Shown: piece by piece, positions 48,226 through 58,849 of the stretch
Layout: every line of letters starts with the position of its first letter
Numbering within the stretch: position 1 is the first letter of the stretch
Virus record (IMG/VR): IMGVR_UViG_3300014641_000001
Span: 1-64,000 of that record
Reading direction: 5' to 3' (one strand)
DNA: 64,000 nt
Origin: a virus
Lineage: Duplodnaviria > Caudoviricetes
Translations under genes and position numbers: made by a program
The notes under the pieces: generated by a model
Told to the model about the DNA's origin: nothing
Databases searched by the model: none
The model's input: the letters and a program-made list of their open reading frames with translations, nothing else

Positions 48226-51071
48226 TGGTTAAATTTGATGCTTACAGAAAACCTGTGATCCCACGGGTATTTTTGGCCTATCCAAATAAAAAACTAATAT
48301 GTCAGCTTAATGCCAAAAGTAAAAGTTCTGTATTATATATTGTAGGGGTCTCACAGCTTAAGTTCTCTATCTATAAATATCATGAAAAGGTTGAGAACCA
48401 AGGATTTGATGATATATCTGTTGGTAAATACATATGGCTAGAGAATATCGGCTGGTACAGAATTACAGATATCAGTCGTAAAGACAGCGGATCTAATCCA
48501 TATCTCGAAATAACTTGTTATGATTTAACTTATGAACTAAAGCAGACGTATCTTACATCATTTGGTTCTATGGGAACTGAAGATGATGAACAAGGCGGAC
48601 TTGATCGATATGCCTTATATGACGCCAACGATGTTACGCATAGCATTGCTCACATTTTTATGGACAAAAATCCTGGTTGGAAATTCAAATTTATTGACCC
48701 GGAGATATCAAAGAATCGTCGTAGCTTCGACAACGATAGTGTCACGTCATATGACTTTCTTACTGGCGATGTATCAGATACGTTTGAATGTATCTTTGTG
48801 TTCGACAGTAATGACCGAAGTGTAAGTGCCTATAAAGCTGAAAACATTGGGAAAGAAGTTCCTATCGCCCTATCGTTCATGAATCTCATTAAGGAACTAA
48901 ATATTACTTGGAATGAAAATGATATTAAAACTGTTTTAAATGTTACTGGTGGTAATGATGCAAGCGGTACTGCTCTGTCTATTGCTTCTGTAAATCCTGC
49001 TGGTAATAATTATGTAAGTAATTTCAGCTATTTCTATAATGATATGAGTAAGGCTTTAAAAGAAAAACTGGAAGAATATTATCGGCTAATGGATAATAAT
49101 AAAGGTTTAATTACCACTGCTCTATCACAGTTAAAGACTTTACAAGATGGATTGGATAGTTTATATAATAAAAGGCCATCTGCTGAGTCAAGTACAGATT
49201 GGAAGCAATATGGTCTTGTTGGATTAAAAGCAAAGGCAAATACATACAAGGAACAAATGTCTGTGTTGACTGATATAAAAAATGCAGATCCGATTGCCCA
49301 GGCACAATACAATAATTACAACACTCTTTGGAATGCTGTTAATAATGAAATCTCAGTCAGACAGTCACAGATAACAACTAAAGAAAATCAGATCAAAGCA
49401 AAGCAAACCGAAGTGCTTTCTTATGTAGTTAGAATTGATGATGTACTTGGCGAAGAATTGTATCAAGAATTACAACCATTTGTCAGAGAAGATAATTTAT
49501 GTGACAACTCCTATATCGCCACTCCAATTATGACTGAATCTGATATATTGGAAATGAAACAGGATTTGTATAAACATGGTGTTGATGAATTGAGTAAGGT
49601 GTGCTACCCTCAATTTGATATGGAAGTTAATTCTATAAACTTTCCAGTACTGTTTAAATATAAAGTATGGACAGATCAACTTGATCTAGGAGACATTCTT
49701 GCAATCAAATATTCTGATGAAGAATTTATAAAAGCTAGACTTCTTAAAATGGAAATTGATTGGGAAGATTTTAGTAAATTCAAGCTTACATTCAGCTCAA
49801 AGTCGAGCATAACTGGCGGTTGGTTTGATTTCGTCGCCATGCAGAAACTTGTAGATAAGACAAGTACTTCTCTTAGTTACAACACCTCTGGTTGGAATCA
49901 AGCATCGAAACAAGCAAATGAAGCCTTTTATAGCACTCAGAAAGAATTCCTTGACTTAAGTAGTCAGCAGATTGAAAGCAACGGAAAGAATCAGGAAGTG
50001 CTTATTGATAGCACCGGTATTTTATTGAAAAAATGGCTACCTGACTTAAATAAATATGCTCCTGAAAAACTTTGGATTACCAATCGACAAATATTATTAT
50101 TTGAGGAACCAGATGGGACTAATCTTCGTGAGCCAAAGCTTGCTATAGGTAAAGTGTATGTGACTAATAATGGCAAAACAACATCGTACTACGGCATTTC
50201 TGCAGATGTAATCTATGGTGGATTATTTATAGGGGAAGCTCTTAAAATACAGAATAAGAATAACACTCTCACTCTTGATGAAAATGGTTTTATTGCTTCT
50301 GCAACAAATGGTTTCAAGGTGCAAATTAATCCGGATAATCCTGGTCAGATATTTAATATATCTAAAAGTGGTGCGAGCCTACTATATATAGATGCCGTAA
50401 AAGACAAACTTATATTTAAAGGTCGTGCTGAAATTGATGAAGGATTAATTGGTGGCTGGACTATAACCACAAATAGACTGTTTTCTGGTGGCGTCGGCAT
50501 GTCTTCCGATGTTAATAGCGGAGCTGTGTCATTCTGGGCCGGTAATTCTAACGCCATTTCTGCTCCATTTAGGGTGACGAACCAAGGTAAATTAGTTGCT
50601 TCTGACGCTGATATATCTGGTAGAATTACAGCTACTTCAGGTAAAATTGGCGGCTATACTATAGATGGAAATGTGCTGAGAGGTACTGTAAACTCTTATA
50701 TAGTTGGAGGTAGAATAAGTATCAACGACGACTTTTTTTACGTTGCTGATGATGAAATTAACCTTGGAGATTTTGTTGTTACCTATACAAACAGAGCTTT
50801 ACTTATGTCATCAGATGAATATACGGGAATGTCCGCAAGAACTTCTACAAGTAGATTTGCTATGTGGGCTGGATATTCAGGGGGAAGCGCAAGCAATATA
50901 AGTAACTATGTGTTTGCTGTTGATGGCAATTATGTTTATGCAGAGGACATTAAAATTACTGGTAACTCATGGTGGGCAGGTTGGACACTTACCGAAACAT
51001 TAATTAGAGCATATCAAAGACTAGATGATTTACAAGATCAAATTGATGACTTAGACACTTCTGGCATGTGA
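48225..51071 (+). CDS. Tail hub/spike protein (Tal-like)
   Basis: Follows Dit; 948 aa; C-terminal beta-helix-like 'GKIGGYTI' repeats. Confidence 0.7.
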   Translation: MVKFDAYRKPVIPRVFLAYPNKKLICQLNAKSKSSVLYIVGVSQLKFSIYKYHEKVENQGFDDISVGKYIWLENIGWYRITDISRKDSGSNPYLEITCYDLTYELKQTYLTSFGSMGTEDDEQGGLDRYALYDANDVTHSIAHIFMDKNPGWKFKFIDPEISKNRRSFDNDSVTSYDFLTGDVSDTFECIFVFDSNDRSVSAYKAENIGKEVPIALSFMNLIKELNITWNENDIKTVLNVTGGNDASGTALSIASVNPAGNNYVSNFSYFYNDMSKALKEKLEEYYRLMDNNKGLITTALSQLKTLQDGLDSLYNKRPSAESSTDWKQYGLVGLKAKANTYKEQMSVLTDIKNADPIAQAQYNNYNTLWNAVNNEISVRQSQITTKENQIKAKQTEVLSYVVRIDDVLGEELYQELQPFVREDNLCDNSYIATPIMTESDILEMKQDLYKHGVDELSKVCYPQFDMEVNSINFPVLFKYKVWTDQLDLGDILAIKYSDEEFIKARLLKMEIDWEDFSKFKLTFSSKSSITGGWFDFVAMQKLVDKTSTSLSYNTSGWNQASKQANEAFYSTQKEFLDLSSQQIESNGKNQEVLIDSTGILLKKWLPDLNKYAPEKLWITNRQILLFEEPDGTNLREPKLAIGKVYVTNNGKTTSYYGISADVIYGGLFIGEALKIQNKNNTLTLDENGFIASATNGFKVQINPDNPGQIFNISKSGASLLYIDAVKDKLIFKGRAEIDEGLIGGWTITTNRLFSGGVGMSSDVNSGAVSFWAGNSNAISAPFRVTNQGKLVASDADISGRITATSGKIGGYTIDGNVLRGTVNSYIVGGRISINDDFFYVADDEINLGDFVVTYTNRALLMSSDEYTGMSARTSTSRFAMWAGYSGGSASNISNYVFAVDGNYVYAEDIKITGNSWWAGWTLTETLIRAYQRLDDLQDQIDDLDTSGM

Positions 51072-51166
51072 CATTGACAGTATAAAATTGAGATGATATT
51101 ATATTTATAAACAGTTTGATTATTTTTATGTGATTAAGTATAATATTATGCCAAGGAGGTTCTTAA

Positions 51167-51925
51167 ATGAAAAAATTATCTTTATTAATTACTATTGGTG
51201 TATTTTCAATATATTCACTCACAAATGTTTTTGCGGGTGAATGGAAAAACGAAAATGATAAATGGAGATACCAAGAAGATGATGATACTTACCCCATCAA
51301 TTCGTGGAAAGAAATCAATGGTAAATGGTACTATTTTAACGAAGGGGGATATATGTTATCAGATACGAAAACTCCAGATGGATATACAGTGGCGGAATCA
51401 GGTGAATGGATTGATACTATGAAAAACTCAACGGTTGCGGCTGATAAAAAATATGTGTTTGAGGAAGGAGGCATGTGGATTAGCAAAGGTAAGATTCCCG
51501 AAGGAGATTATGTTTACTATCCAACACTTTCTACAAAAGATCCTGTTGTGATTGGTTCATCAAGTATAACTGATGATTTTAACTATATTAAATTGCATAT
51601 GGAAGATTTTCTCAATCCGGGCACATACGTTCCCGTCGCAAGCATAGGACAACTAGACATAAGTGGGGACGGTGTTTTTTGCGTTGGTAAAGATGTTAAA
51701 GCCGGAACATATAATTTAACCCCTATAGATTACGATGGTTCAAAATTGGTGATTCCCATGTGTATAGTATATAATACTATTCCATCAAACAAAGATAATG
51801 TTTCTCCCGAAAAAAATATTAATCAAAAATTGTATATAGGTAAAAAAAGAAATAATATTGTAACGGTTGTTGACGGACAATATATTCAAATTATTGACGC
51901 GTCCGCAGACTTTGTAAGACCATAA
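51167..51925 (+). CDS. Secreted protein with cell-wall-binding repeat (moron)
   Basis: Signal peptide ending 'VFA'; 'WKEINGKWYYFNEGGYML..T.TPDGY.V..SG.W'; own TTGACA promoter and terminator. Confidence 0.8.
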   Translation: MKKLSLLITIGVFSIYSLTNVFAGEWKNENDKWRYQEDDDTYPINSWKEINGKWYYFNEGGYMLSDTKTPDGYTVAESGEWIDTMKNSTVAADKKYVFEEGGMWISKGKIPEGDYVYYPTLSTKDPVVIGSSSITDDFNYIKLHMEDFLNPGTYVPVASIGQLDISGDGVFCVGKDVKAGTYNLTPIDYDGSKLVIPMCIVYNTIPSNKDNVSPEKNINQKLYIGKKRNNIVTVVDGQYIQIIDASADFVRP

Positions 51926-52000
51926 GAATCTATTCAAGAGTAGGACTAATCTCCTACTCTTTATTATTATTAAAATTGAATTTAGGAGGAATTTTTCAAT

Positions 52001-52405
52001 TTGAAATTACCATTAAATATAGTTTATGAAGTCACATGTATGTTATTACAAATTAAAACTCTGAGATTAGGACTAAAAGTTGATTATTGGTGTAATAAGA
52101 ATATAAAACTCTTTGCTGATGAATACAACTTTTACCTTGAGCAACTTAATGATATCTACTCTCGCTATTGTAATAAGGACAACACTGGACAGTATGCGAA
52201 ATTAAATGATAATGGTGGTATTGAGTTTAATTTCAAGCCAGATATAAACATTAAGGACTTTGAAAAGGAAATGAATGATGTCATGTATATGCCAAGCGAC
52301 GAGTTTGAGCCATATATCATGAATGAAGAAACATTTAATAGTTTACCAAATGTAGAATCCAGCAAGTTTAACATTGACCTGCTGGCTTTTTTATTGCCCG
52401 AATAA
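52001..52405 (+). CDS. Hypothetical tail-associated protein
   Basis: GGAGG SD; TTG start. Confidence 0.6.
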   Translation: MKLPLNIVYEVTCMLLQIKTLRLGLKVDYWCNKNIKLFADEYNFYLEQLNDIYSRYCNKDNTGQYAKLNDNGGIEFNFKPDINIKDFEKEMNDVMYMPSDEFEPYIMNEETFNSLPNVESSKFNIDLLAFLLPE

Positions 52406-52439
52406 GGGAAGAAAAACACAATAGAAGGGAGGTTTTATC

Positions 52440-55235
52440 TTGATATCTTATAAGGCTATAAGAGCTGATGTTTCGCAGGAAATGAGTTATGTATATGAGA
52501 AAGTTAAACAGTATGATAACTTATCTCGTAAATATAGGATAATTATTACGGACAAGGGAAATATGGTTTCATTGAATGGAAATGAGGCTATTAGAATACG
52601 AATGTGGGCCGATGGAGAGTCAATTCCATACGTTGACAAATGGCTTGATGATCCATGGGAAAATGGATATCCTATTTTAATTATGACAAGCGGCATGCTA
52701 TCAAAAGTAGGTAAGGTGAAATATGAATTCGTTATACAAGAACCCGGTAGTCCTGCCCTTATTTCCACTAGGCAACAAAACTTATTAATTCAAAAATCAT
52801 TAATTAATTATGATGGGTTAATTGCAAGCGAAGATTTTGATGTGCTATCTCATCTTATCGGGCAGGCAACAACAATACCTGATCTTATAAATGATATAAA
52901 TGTAAGTTTGGATGATGTATCAAATAAAATATCAGAAGTAAATTCTACTATGGCTGAATACGAGCGACAAATGCAAATATACGCCACTGAGTATGGAGAA
53001 ATGAAAACTGATATGCAGGATATTATAGATGCCTTGCATGTTTATATGGAAAATGTTGAAAATTCAGCAGCAAGCAGCGCAAAACTTTCTGAAAGCTGGG
53101 CGATTGGTGGAACAAATTCTAGAGATGGAGAAGCTACAAATAATTCAAAATTCCATAGTGATCAGTCAAAATTGTATTCTGACATGGCTAAAGAGTCTGC
53201 TGATAGAGCGGAGGAGTTTGCGGGACATGTAGATCCTAAAACTCTAAGCCAGATAAATGCGGTTGACGAAAGTGGATTATTAGGAACTATCGGAGCTATA
53301 GTTACAGGACAAGAATTAACGAACGAAATGTCTAGTAGAATCTCCACTGAATTACTACGTAAAAGTGAGTTTAATACTGCAATGACTGGTGTAAATTCAC
53401 AGTTAGCTGAAAATTTTGCACAAATTGGTGATTTAGGAGCTAGTAAGGCTGACAAAATAGAAGTAAATTTATTGGCGACTGATAAGGCTGATAAAGCTTA
53501 TGTTGATTTAAATGTCTCTGCGTTAGATGTTAAAATAAACTCACAAGCGAGTGGTTCACCGAAAGGTGTTTATAACACTGTAACAGATTTACAAATAGCA
53601 TTTCCCACTGGAAACTCAAATATTTATGTAGTTACAGCGGATGGAAAATGGTATTATTGGAATGGTTCGGCTTGGACAGTAGGAGGCGCATACCAGAGTA
53701 CGGGAATTGGTAAAAAAACAATAACATTTTTAAATACAGATTTCATAGACGTTGGAAAAAACATATTCAATAAAAATACGGTTACTAATGATTACTACGT
53801 TCAATATAATACAGGAGTTTTAGTAAAAAATACTTTATATGCAGCTAGTAATTATATTCCCGTAGAGCCTATTTTGGACTATTACATGAATTACGCTGAT
53901 CAAGTGGCATTTTATGATGCCAACAAAAACTATATAAGCGGCAAAGGTATGGACGGAAATACATTTTCGACGCCTTCAAATTGTGCATATATTCGAGTAT
54001 CATTAAATAAAAATTATTTAAACTATCTTCAAGTTGAAAAAGGATCTGCCCCAACAGATTATGAAGAATGGGGATATGGAATAAATTATCTAAAACCAAT
54101 GGGAGAAACGCTTGATAGAATTAAAAATATAGAGAGTTTATCAAGTAAATTGCCATATAAAAGTGTACTTAAAATTATAGATGACTTAAAAAACCCTTTT
54201 ATTAAAACAAAAATCAAAATTATTGGTGATAGTATAACGGCTGGCGTAGGAGGTACAGGATATTCACCCACTGGCGAATCCATAGGAACGACGGAATATA
54301 GAGCAAATATTACAACAGCTACTTGTTGGGCTAATAGCCTAAAAAAAAATTTAGAAAGTAATTATAACAAATACAGATATGTTAGTTTACTTGACGAACG
54401 GATAAGAAAATATAGTTCTAATGCTTATCCAATAACTTTAACATATAATGGAAACACAAAACTTGGTACTAACTTAGCATTTATAAATCTAAGCAAAGTA
54501 AATTTCATAAAGTTTAATTTCTATGGGGATAAATTTACTATAGTCCACTCTAAATTGAGCGGGGGTGGAATTATAGATGTATATGTCGATAAAATTAAAG
54601 TGGGTTCGATAGATTCATATAGCCCCGTTTTCGAATGGAGCCAAGAAACAGAATTTATAACTTCTTTAGGAAATCATACAGTTGTGCTACAAGAAACAAA
54701 TACAAAAAATGATGATTCTGTTGGCTTATCAGTATTTTTAGAAGCTATAAAAATACCAAAAGTTGTTACGGTTAAAAACTGGGGAATATCTGGTATTGGA
54801 ACACATGAAATTCTTAATATGAAAGATAGTTTAATTGAGACTGATGATGATATAGTAATTATGCAAATTGGTACTAATGATAGAGTTAAAAGAACCGTTG
54901 CTGAAAGCACAAAAGATTTGCAAAGACAAGTAATCAACTATGTTGAGGGATTGGGAAAAAAGATAATTCAAATGGTTGCACCACCATCATCATTAACAAG
55001 TGAAGATTTGTCATCAAGAAATTTTCATATGTGGGATGTTGACAGGGTTATTGGCGAATTGTCGGCAGAACTAAACAGAGAATATATTTCTAATTATCAA
55101 TATTTTAAAAAATATTGTGCAGAACAAAATATAAACATTGATACACTATTAAGTGATGGTCTACATCCAAATGATAGAGGATATGAATTAATATATAGTT
55201 ATATTTGTTCAAGATTAGAGCTGCCATCAGAGTAA
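52440..55235 (+). CDS. Receptor-binding/tail fibre protein: BppU-like N-terminus plus SGNH/GDSL esterase
   Basis: 'VKQYDNLSR' N-terminus; SGNH blocks 'GDSIT', 'GISG', 'GTND', 'DGLHP'. Confidence 0.8.
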   Translation: MISYKAIRADVSQEMSYVYEKVKQYDNLSRKYRIIITDKGNMVSLNGNEAIRIRMWADGESIPYVDKWLDDPWENGYPILIMTSGMLSKVGKVKYEFVIQEPGSPALISTRQQNLLIQKSLINYDGLIASEDFDVLSHLIGQATTIPDLINDINVSLDDVSNKISEVNSTMAEYERQMQIYATEYGEMKTDMQDIIDALHVYMENVENSAASSAKLSESWAIGGTNSRDGEATNNSKFHSDQSKLYSDMAKESADRAEEFAGHVDPKTLSQINAVDESGLLGTIGAIVTGQELTNEMSSRISTELLRKSEFNTAMTGVNSQLAENFAQIGDLGASKADKIEVNLLATDKADKAYVDLNVSALDVKINSQASGSPKGVYNTVTDLQIAFPTGNSNIYVVTADGKWYYWNGSAWTVGGAYQSTGIGKKTITFLNTDFIDVGKNIFNKNTVTNDYYVQYNTGVLVKNTLYAASNYIPVEPILDYYMNYADQVAFYDANKNYISGKGMDGNTFSTPSNCAYIRVSLNKNYLNYLQVEKGSAPTDYEEWGYGINYLKPMGETLDRIKNIESLSSKLPYKSVLKIIDDLKNPFIKTKIKIIGDSITAGVGGTGYSPTGESIGTTEYRANITTATCWANSLKKNLESNYNKYRYVSLLDERIRKYSSNAYPITLTYNGNTKLGTNLAFINLSKVNFIKFNFYGDKFTIVHSKLSGGGIIDVYVDKIKVGSIDSYSPVFEWSQETEFITSLGNHTVVLQETNTKNDDSVGLSVFLEAIKIPKVVTVKNWGISGIGTHEILNMKDSLIETDDDIVIMQIGTNDRVKRTVAESTKDLQRQVINYVEGLGKKIIQMVAPPSSLTSEDLSSRNFHMWDVDRVIGELSAELNREYISNYQYFKKYCAEQNINIDTLLSDGLHPNDRGYELIYSYICSRLELPSE

Positions 55236-55464
55236 TAAGATTAAGGCAATTAGTGTTATATATTTCACGTGGTTGATCTTTTTGAGTGCGTGTGCGTGAA
55301 ATATCAGTCTTAAAAGTAAGTATTAAAATTTAGGGAATAGTCGAGTTCGATACTCTTCTATTCCCTATTTTTTACTCGTATGAAAGTACTCTTTTATTGG
55401 CATTTCAATACTACATATTGTATTACTCTTTAATTTCAACTGCATTATATAGTATTGCTATTTT

Positions 55465-55677
55465 TTATTCCCCATCTTCATGTTTATATCCATTATTCTT
55501 TCTTCTAAGATTATCAATAATTAATTTGCTTTCCTTATTATCTTTTTCTAATTCTTCTATGATATTTAAATTGTTATTAATTGCTTCTATGGCACTAGAT
55601 GATACTGGAGACTCCATATCTTGATCATCAAGATAAATATATGTCCAGCCTGAAGAACCACCAATAATATTATCCAT
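55465..55677 (-). CDS. Small hypothetical protein
   Basis: AGGTAGGTG SD on the minus strand. Confidence 0.55.
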   Translation of the reverse strand: MDNIIGGSSGWTYIYLDDQDMESPVSSSAIEAINNNLNIIEELEKDNKESKLIIDNLRRKNNGYKHEDGE

Positions 55678-56002
55678 AATTTTTCACCTACCTTTTACTA
55701 TAGTATATCATATCTTTTTCAAAAATACGGCAGCTCGTTTAAAGGAGTCATTTTTCTATTATCCGTAGGCTAAAGGTATTTCTGGCATACTATCGTATGC
55801 AAAAGAAGACATCAGGCTGTGGTTCAAGACAACCCCCCCTGTATACCATCAACTCTACCTAAAGTTAATCGCTTAGATAGATAGAAGAATATCTCTCCCA
55901 ACCTTTTTCGTTCCATCAGTGGTAAGTCGGTTAGCAAACATATGTTCTGTTTTATAAAAAAATATGCCGAAAGTCTTCAAGTGAGGGCTTTCGGCATAAG
56001 AT

Positions 56003-56248
56003 TTAGTTACCCTGTTCAACTTCAGCTTTGGATATAAGTAATTCCTTTAATTCAGCCAAGGACATGTTTTGCTCTTCTAGTATTGATGAAACCTCTTTAA
56101 ACTCTTCTAACTTAATTTCATCTTGTATTTGCTTCTCTTTTTCCTGTAACGTTTTGATTGAGGCTTTATATTGCTCAATCGAATCTTGTGTGTCTTTTAG
56201 TTCATCTCTGAGTTTTACGAGTGGTGATTTGCGAACACCTCTTGGCAT
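56003..56248 (-). CDS. Small coiled-coil protein
   Basis: AAGGAGG SD before ATG 56248; 'MPRGVRKSP'; terminator at 55965-55996. Confidence 0.7.
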   Translation of the reverse strand: MPRGVRKSPLVKLRDELKDTQDSIEQYKASIKTLQEKEKQIQDEIKLEEFKEVSSILEEQNMSLAELKELLISKAEVEQGN

Positions 56249-56361
56249 ATTAGTACCCTCCTTACAATTGGTCATATAAACATATAGATTATATCACACA
56301 ATTTGCATTATATACAATAAAATAGTTACATGCTTAAATGAGTCCTGATTGTAATATAAAG

Positions 56362-56610
56362 TTGCCCCAAATTTTGCCCCAAATTGTTCCGATTTATATT
56401 GATTCGAAACGGTTTATAATGGCAAATTTTTATCTTCGTATTGTTGAGAAATGCCGTAATTACGTGTGTTTGCGACATTTCTCAATATTGTGTCGTATTT
56501 TAATTAAAACTGCGTCCTTATTTGCATTATCGTCTAAATGCCTGTATTTACTAGGTTTTATTTATCTGATTTTACTTTATTTGATTGTTGCCCCAAATTT
56601 GCCCCAAATT
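56362..56610. repeat. attP-like site: two pairs of TTGCCCCAAA arm repeats
   Basis: Tandem TTGCCCCAAA at 56362-56385 and 56588-56610, immediately downstream of the integrase. Confidence 0.75.
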
Positions 56611-56622
56611 TTTATTTAATTA

Positions 56623-57798
56623 TTAGCTTATCATAGGCAACGTCATTGCCTTAGCAGCTTCTTCATCCAATACATGAATATAAGAATTATATGTTGTTGT
56701 GGTATTGCTATGCCCCATTAATTTACTTACTACAGATATTTCTACACCCTTTCGAATTAGCTCTGAACCAAATGTATGTCTTAGTAGGTGCACCCAAATA
56801 TGTGGAAGCTCAGTTCCTGCAATAATCGCATCTAACGCTCTCTGTATACTCCTAGCTAACGTATATCCACCGGTTTCGCTACAGCAAACAATATCAGATA
56901 TAATATCTTTCTTCTTATTACTCTCGTTTATTTCTGATAAAATAAATTTAATTTCATCATTCATAGGAATAATTCTATTAGATTTTCGGGTCTTTGTACT
57001 TTTAATGAAAGACTGTCTTGTATTGGAACTTTCACTTTTTACATTATATTGCATCGATTTGTTTATTTTAATTATATTGTTTACAAAATCGATATCGTTC
57101 CACTCTAGTGCAACGGCTTCACCAATTCGCATACCAGTATTTAGGATTAAAAGAAGTGTAAGCCCATATCTGTATTTATAAGAATCATTACTGTTATTTT
57201 TCTGTAAACAAAGTTCCTTGAATATGGTAATCTGATCTGGTGTTAGTGCAAACGTCTCTTTTCTTTTCACATTGCAGAAAGTTTCTTTTGGAATTACTAC
57301 GCCTTGCATTGGATTAAAATTTATATCCTTATTTTTTATTGCGTAACTATACACTCCTGAAACGAATGCGAAAATATTTTTAATTGTTCCGTAGCTATAT
57401 TGTTTATCTGAAGAGGTTGCAAGTGAATTAAAGAAATCCTGTAGCTCATCTGCTTTCAGCGACCCAAACTGTTTGTTACGAATTTTAGATTCTCCAATTT
57501 GCTTATTCACAATAATATCAAGTCTATTATACGTCGATAACTCAATTGTTTTACTTTTCTTCTTGATATAATTTAAGCAATAATCATAAAAATTCGCTGT
57601 TTTTGGATTTATTAGCCCATCATCATATTCTCTAATTATTGACTTTAGTTTTCTTTTACACTCTGCTTCACTTTTACCATATACATATTTCGTCAATCCA
57701 TTTAAAGTGACTCTTCCCTCGTGTCTACCGTCTGAACGTTTTCTAACACTTCCTTCGTGCCATGAATTACGTTTATTCTGTTTTTGTGTAACACTCAT
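56623..57798 (-). CDS. int: Tyrosine integrase
   Basis: Arm-binding N-terminus 'EGSVRKRSDGR'; 'TGMRIGE', 'HLLRHTF', 'MGHS...TYNSY'. Confidence 0.93.
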   Translation of the reverse strand: MSVTQKQNKRNSWHEGSVRKRSDGRHEGRVTLNGLTKYVYGKSEAECKRKLKSIIREYDDGLINPKTANFYDYCLNYIKKKSKTIELSTYNRLDIIVNKQIGESKIRNKQFGSLKADELQDFFNSLATSSDKQYSYGTIKNIFAFVSGVYSYAIKNKDINFNPMQGVVIPKETFCNVKRKETFALTPDQITIFKELCLQKNNSNDSYKYRYGLTLLLILNTGMRIGEAVALEWNDIDFVNNIIKINKSMQYNVKSESSNTRQSFIKSTKTRKSNRIIPMNDEIKFILSEINESNKKKDIISDIVCCSETGGYTLARSIQRALDAIIAGTELPHIWVHLLRHTFGSELIRKGVEISVVSKLMGHSNTTTTYNSYIHVLDEEAAKAMTLPMIS

Positions 57799-57877
57799 AA
57801 CTATAATCCCTCCTAAAAAGAGTGTTACAATCAAGACTAATTAAGCCCTTCAATTATAACACTCACGAATATTTATA

Positions 57878-58066
57878 TCAATATTTTATTTCTTTTCCAA
57901 TATTTTCATTGATCCAATCGTTTAATCTTTCTTCAGTTGTTATGTAATCTTTCCCAACTTTTGTAACCGGAAGTATATTTGATATAAGCAATTCATTTAA
58001 TTTGGTTTTTCCAAATGGAAGTATCTCAAGTAAGTCCTTTTTAGTAAGTATTTTTATTATTACCAT
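57878..58066 (-). CDS. Excisionase-like HTH protein
   Basis: 'LTKKDL.EILPFGKTK..ELL....LP..KVG..Y......L.DWI'; upstream of int. Confidence 0.75.
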   Translation of the reverse strand: MVIIKILTKKDLLEILPFGKTKLNELLISNILPVTKVGKDYITTEERLNDWINENIGKEIKY

Positions 58067-58074
58067 CTCCTTTA

Positions 58075-58743
58075 TTAATAGCAATACTGATGCCATTTAG
58101 TCTTCAAATACACACCATTCCCTTGTTTACCTTTTGACTGATAAATAACATATCCCGGTAGCACACTCCCATTTTCAAGCAGCCACTTTGCATTTGCCCA
58201 ATTACTTTCCGTAGGCTTTCGATTATAATTGCCATCGGCTACACTGGAATACTGTTTTTTCTCAAATACCACTCCTTTAATCGTGTCTGGGTACTCGGAA
58301 TGAGCTACACGATTCAAGACTACAGATCCCACATATTTTTGTTCTGCATCATCGCAAAATTGCGCCTCACCAGCTAGTACATGTGCCATTACGTACAAAT
58401 CCTCAGTGGTATATGTTACTTCATCATCGTTTAGAAATTCTGACTTTATGTATGCGTACCCGTCCTCTGTGGTAATCATGCTCCAACCTCCGATATCCAG
58501 TACAACCTCAAATGTTGTGTTTAAGAGTGTATGACCTAAAATTTTTGATCTTGTATTAGGTTCTTCTCTAATGTTTACTCCTGCTTGATTAGCAAATTTC
58601 AACGTAAAATCTGTAGTATATGGTAATTCTGATTCAAACTGTGCCGCAGTAGCGGTTTCTTCTACATAATTCGCCCATGTCGCCATGGGCATCGTAAAGG
58701 CGAGACAGAATGATGTCATGCCTACTGTTATTAATTTTCTCAT
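58075..58743 (-). CDS. SH3 plus SleB/Hydrolase_2 cell wall hydrolase
   Basis: Signal peptide; 'VNIREEP' SH3 motif; 'GEA...VGSVVLNRV....PDTIKGVVF...QYS'. Confidence 0.88.
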   Translation of the reverse strand: MRKLITVGMTSFCLAFTMPMATWANYVEETATAAQFESELPYTTDFTLKFANQAGVNIREEPNTRSKILGHTLLNTTFEVVLDIGGWSMITTEDGYAYIKSEFLNDDEVTYTTEDLYVMAHVLAGEAQFCDDAEQKYVGSVVLNRVAHSEYPDTIKGVVFEKKQYSSVADGNYNRKPTESNWANAKWLLENGSVLPGYVIYQSKGKQGNGVYLKTKWHQYCY

Positions 58744-58849
58744 TACAATCCTCCAAATTTTCGATTTGAAGGATACCGGTATCCTATAGTTTAAAATTGA
58801 TTTATGTAAAGCCTATGTTTGCAACCACAGGCGCTCAGTATGTTACTAA

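Noticed and set aside
48225-55235. Diversity-generating retroelement or invertible tail cassette
   Set aside because: No reverse transcriptase, TR/VR pair or inverted cassette repeats seen in this window
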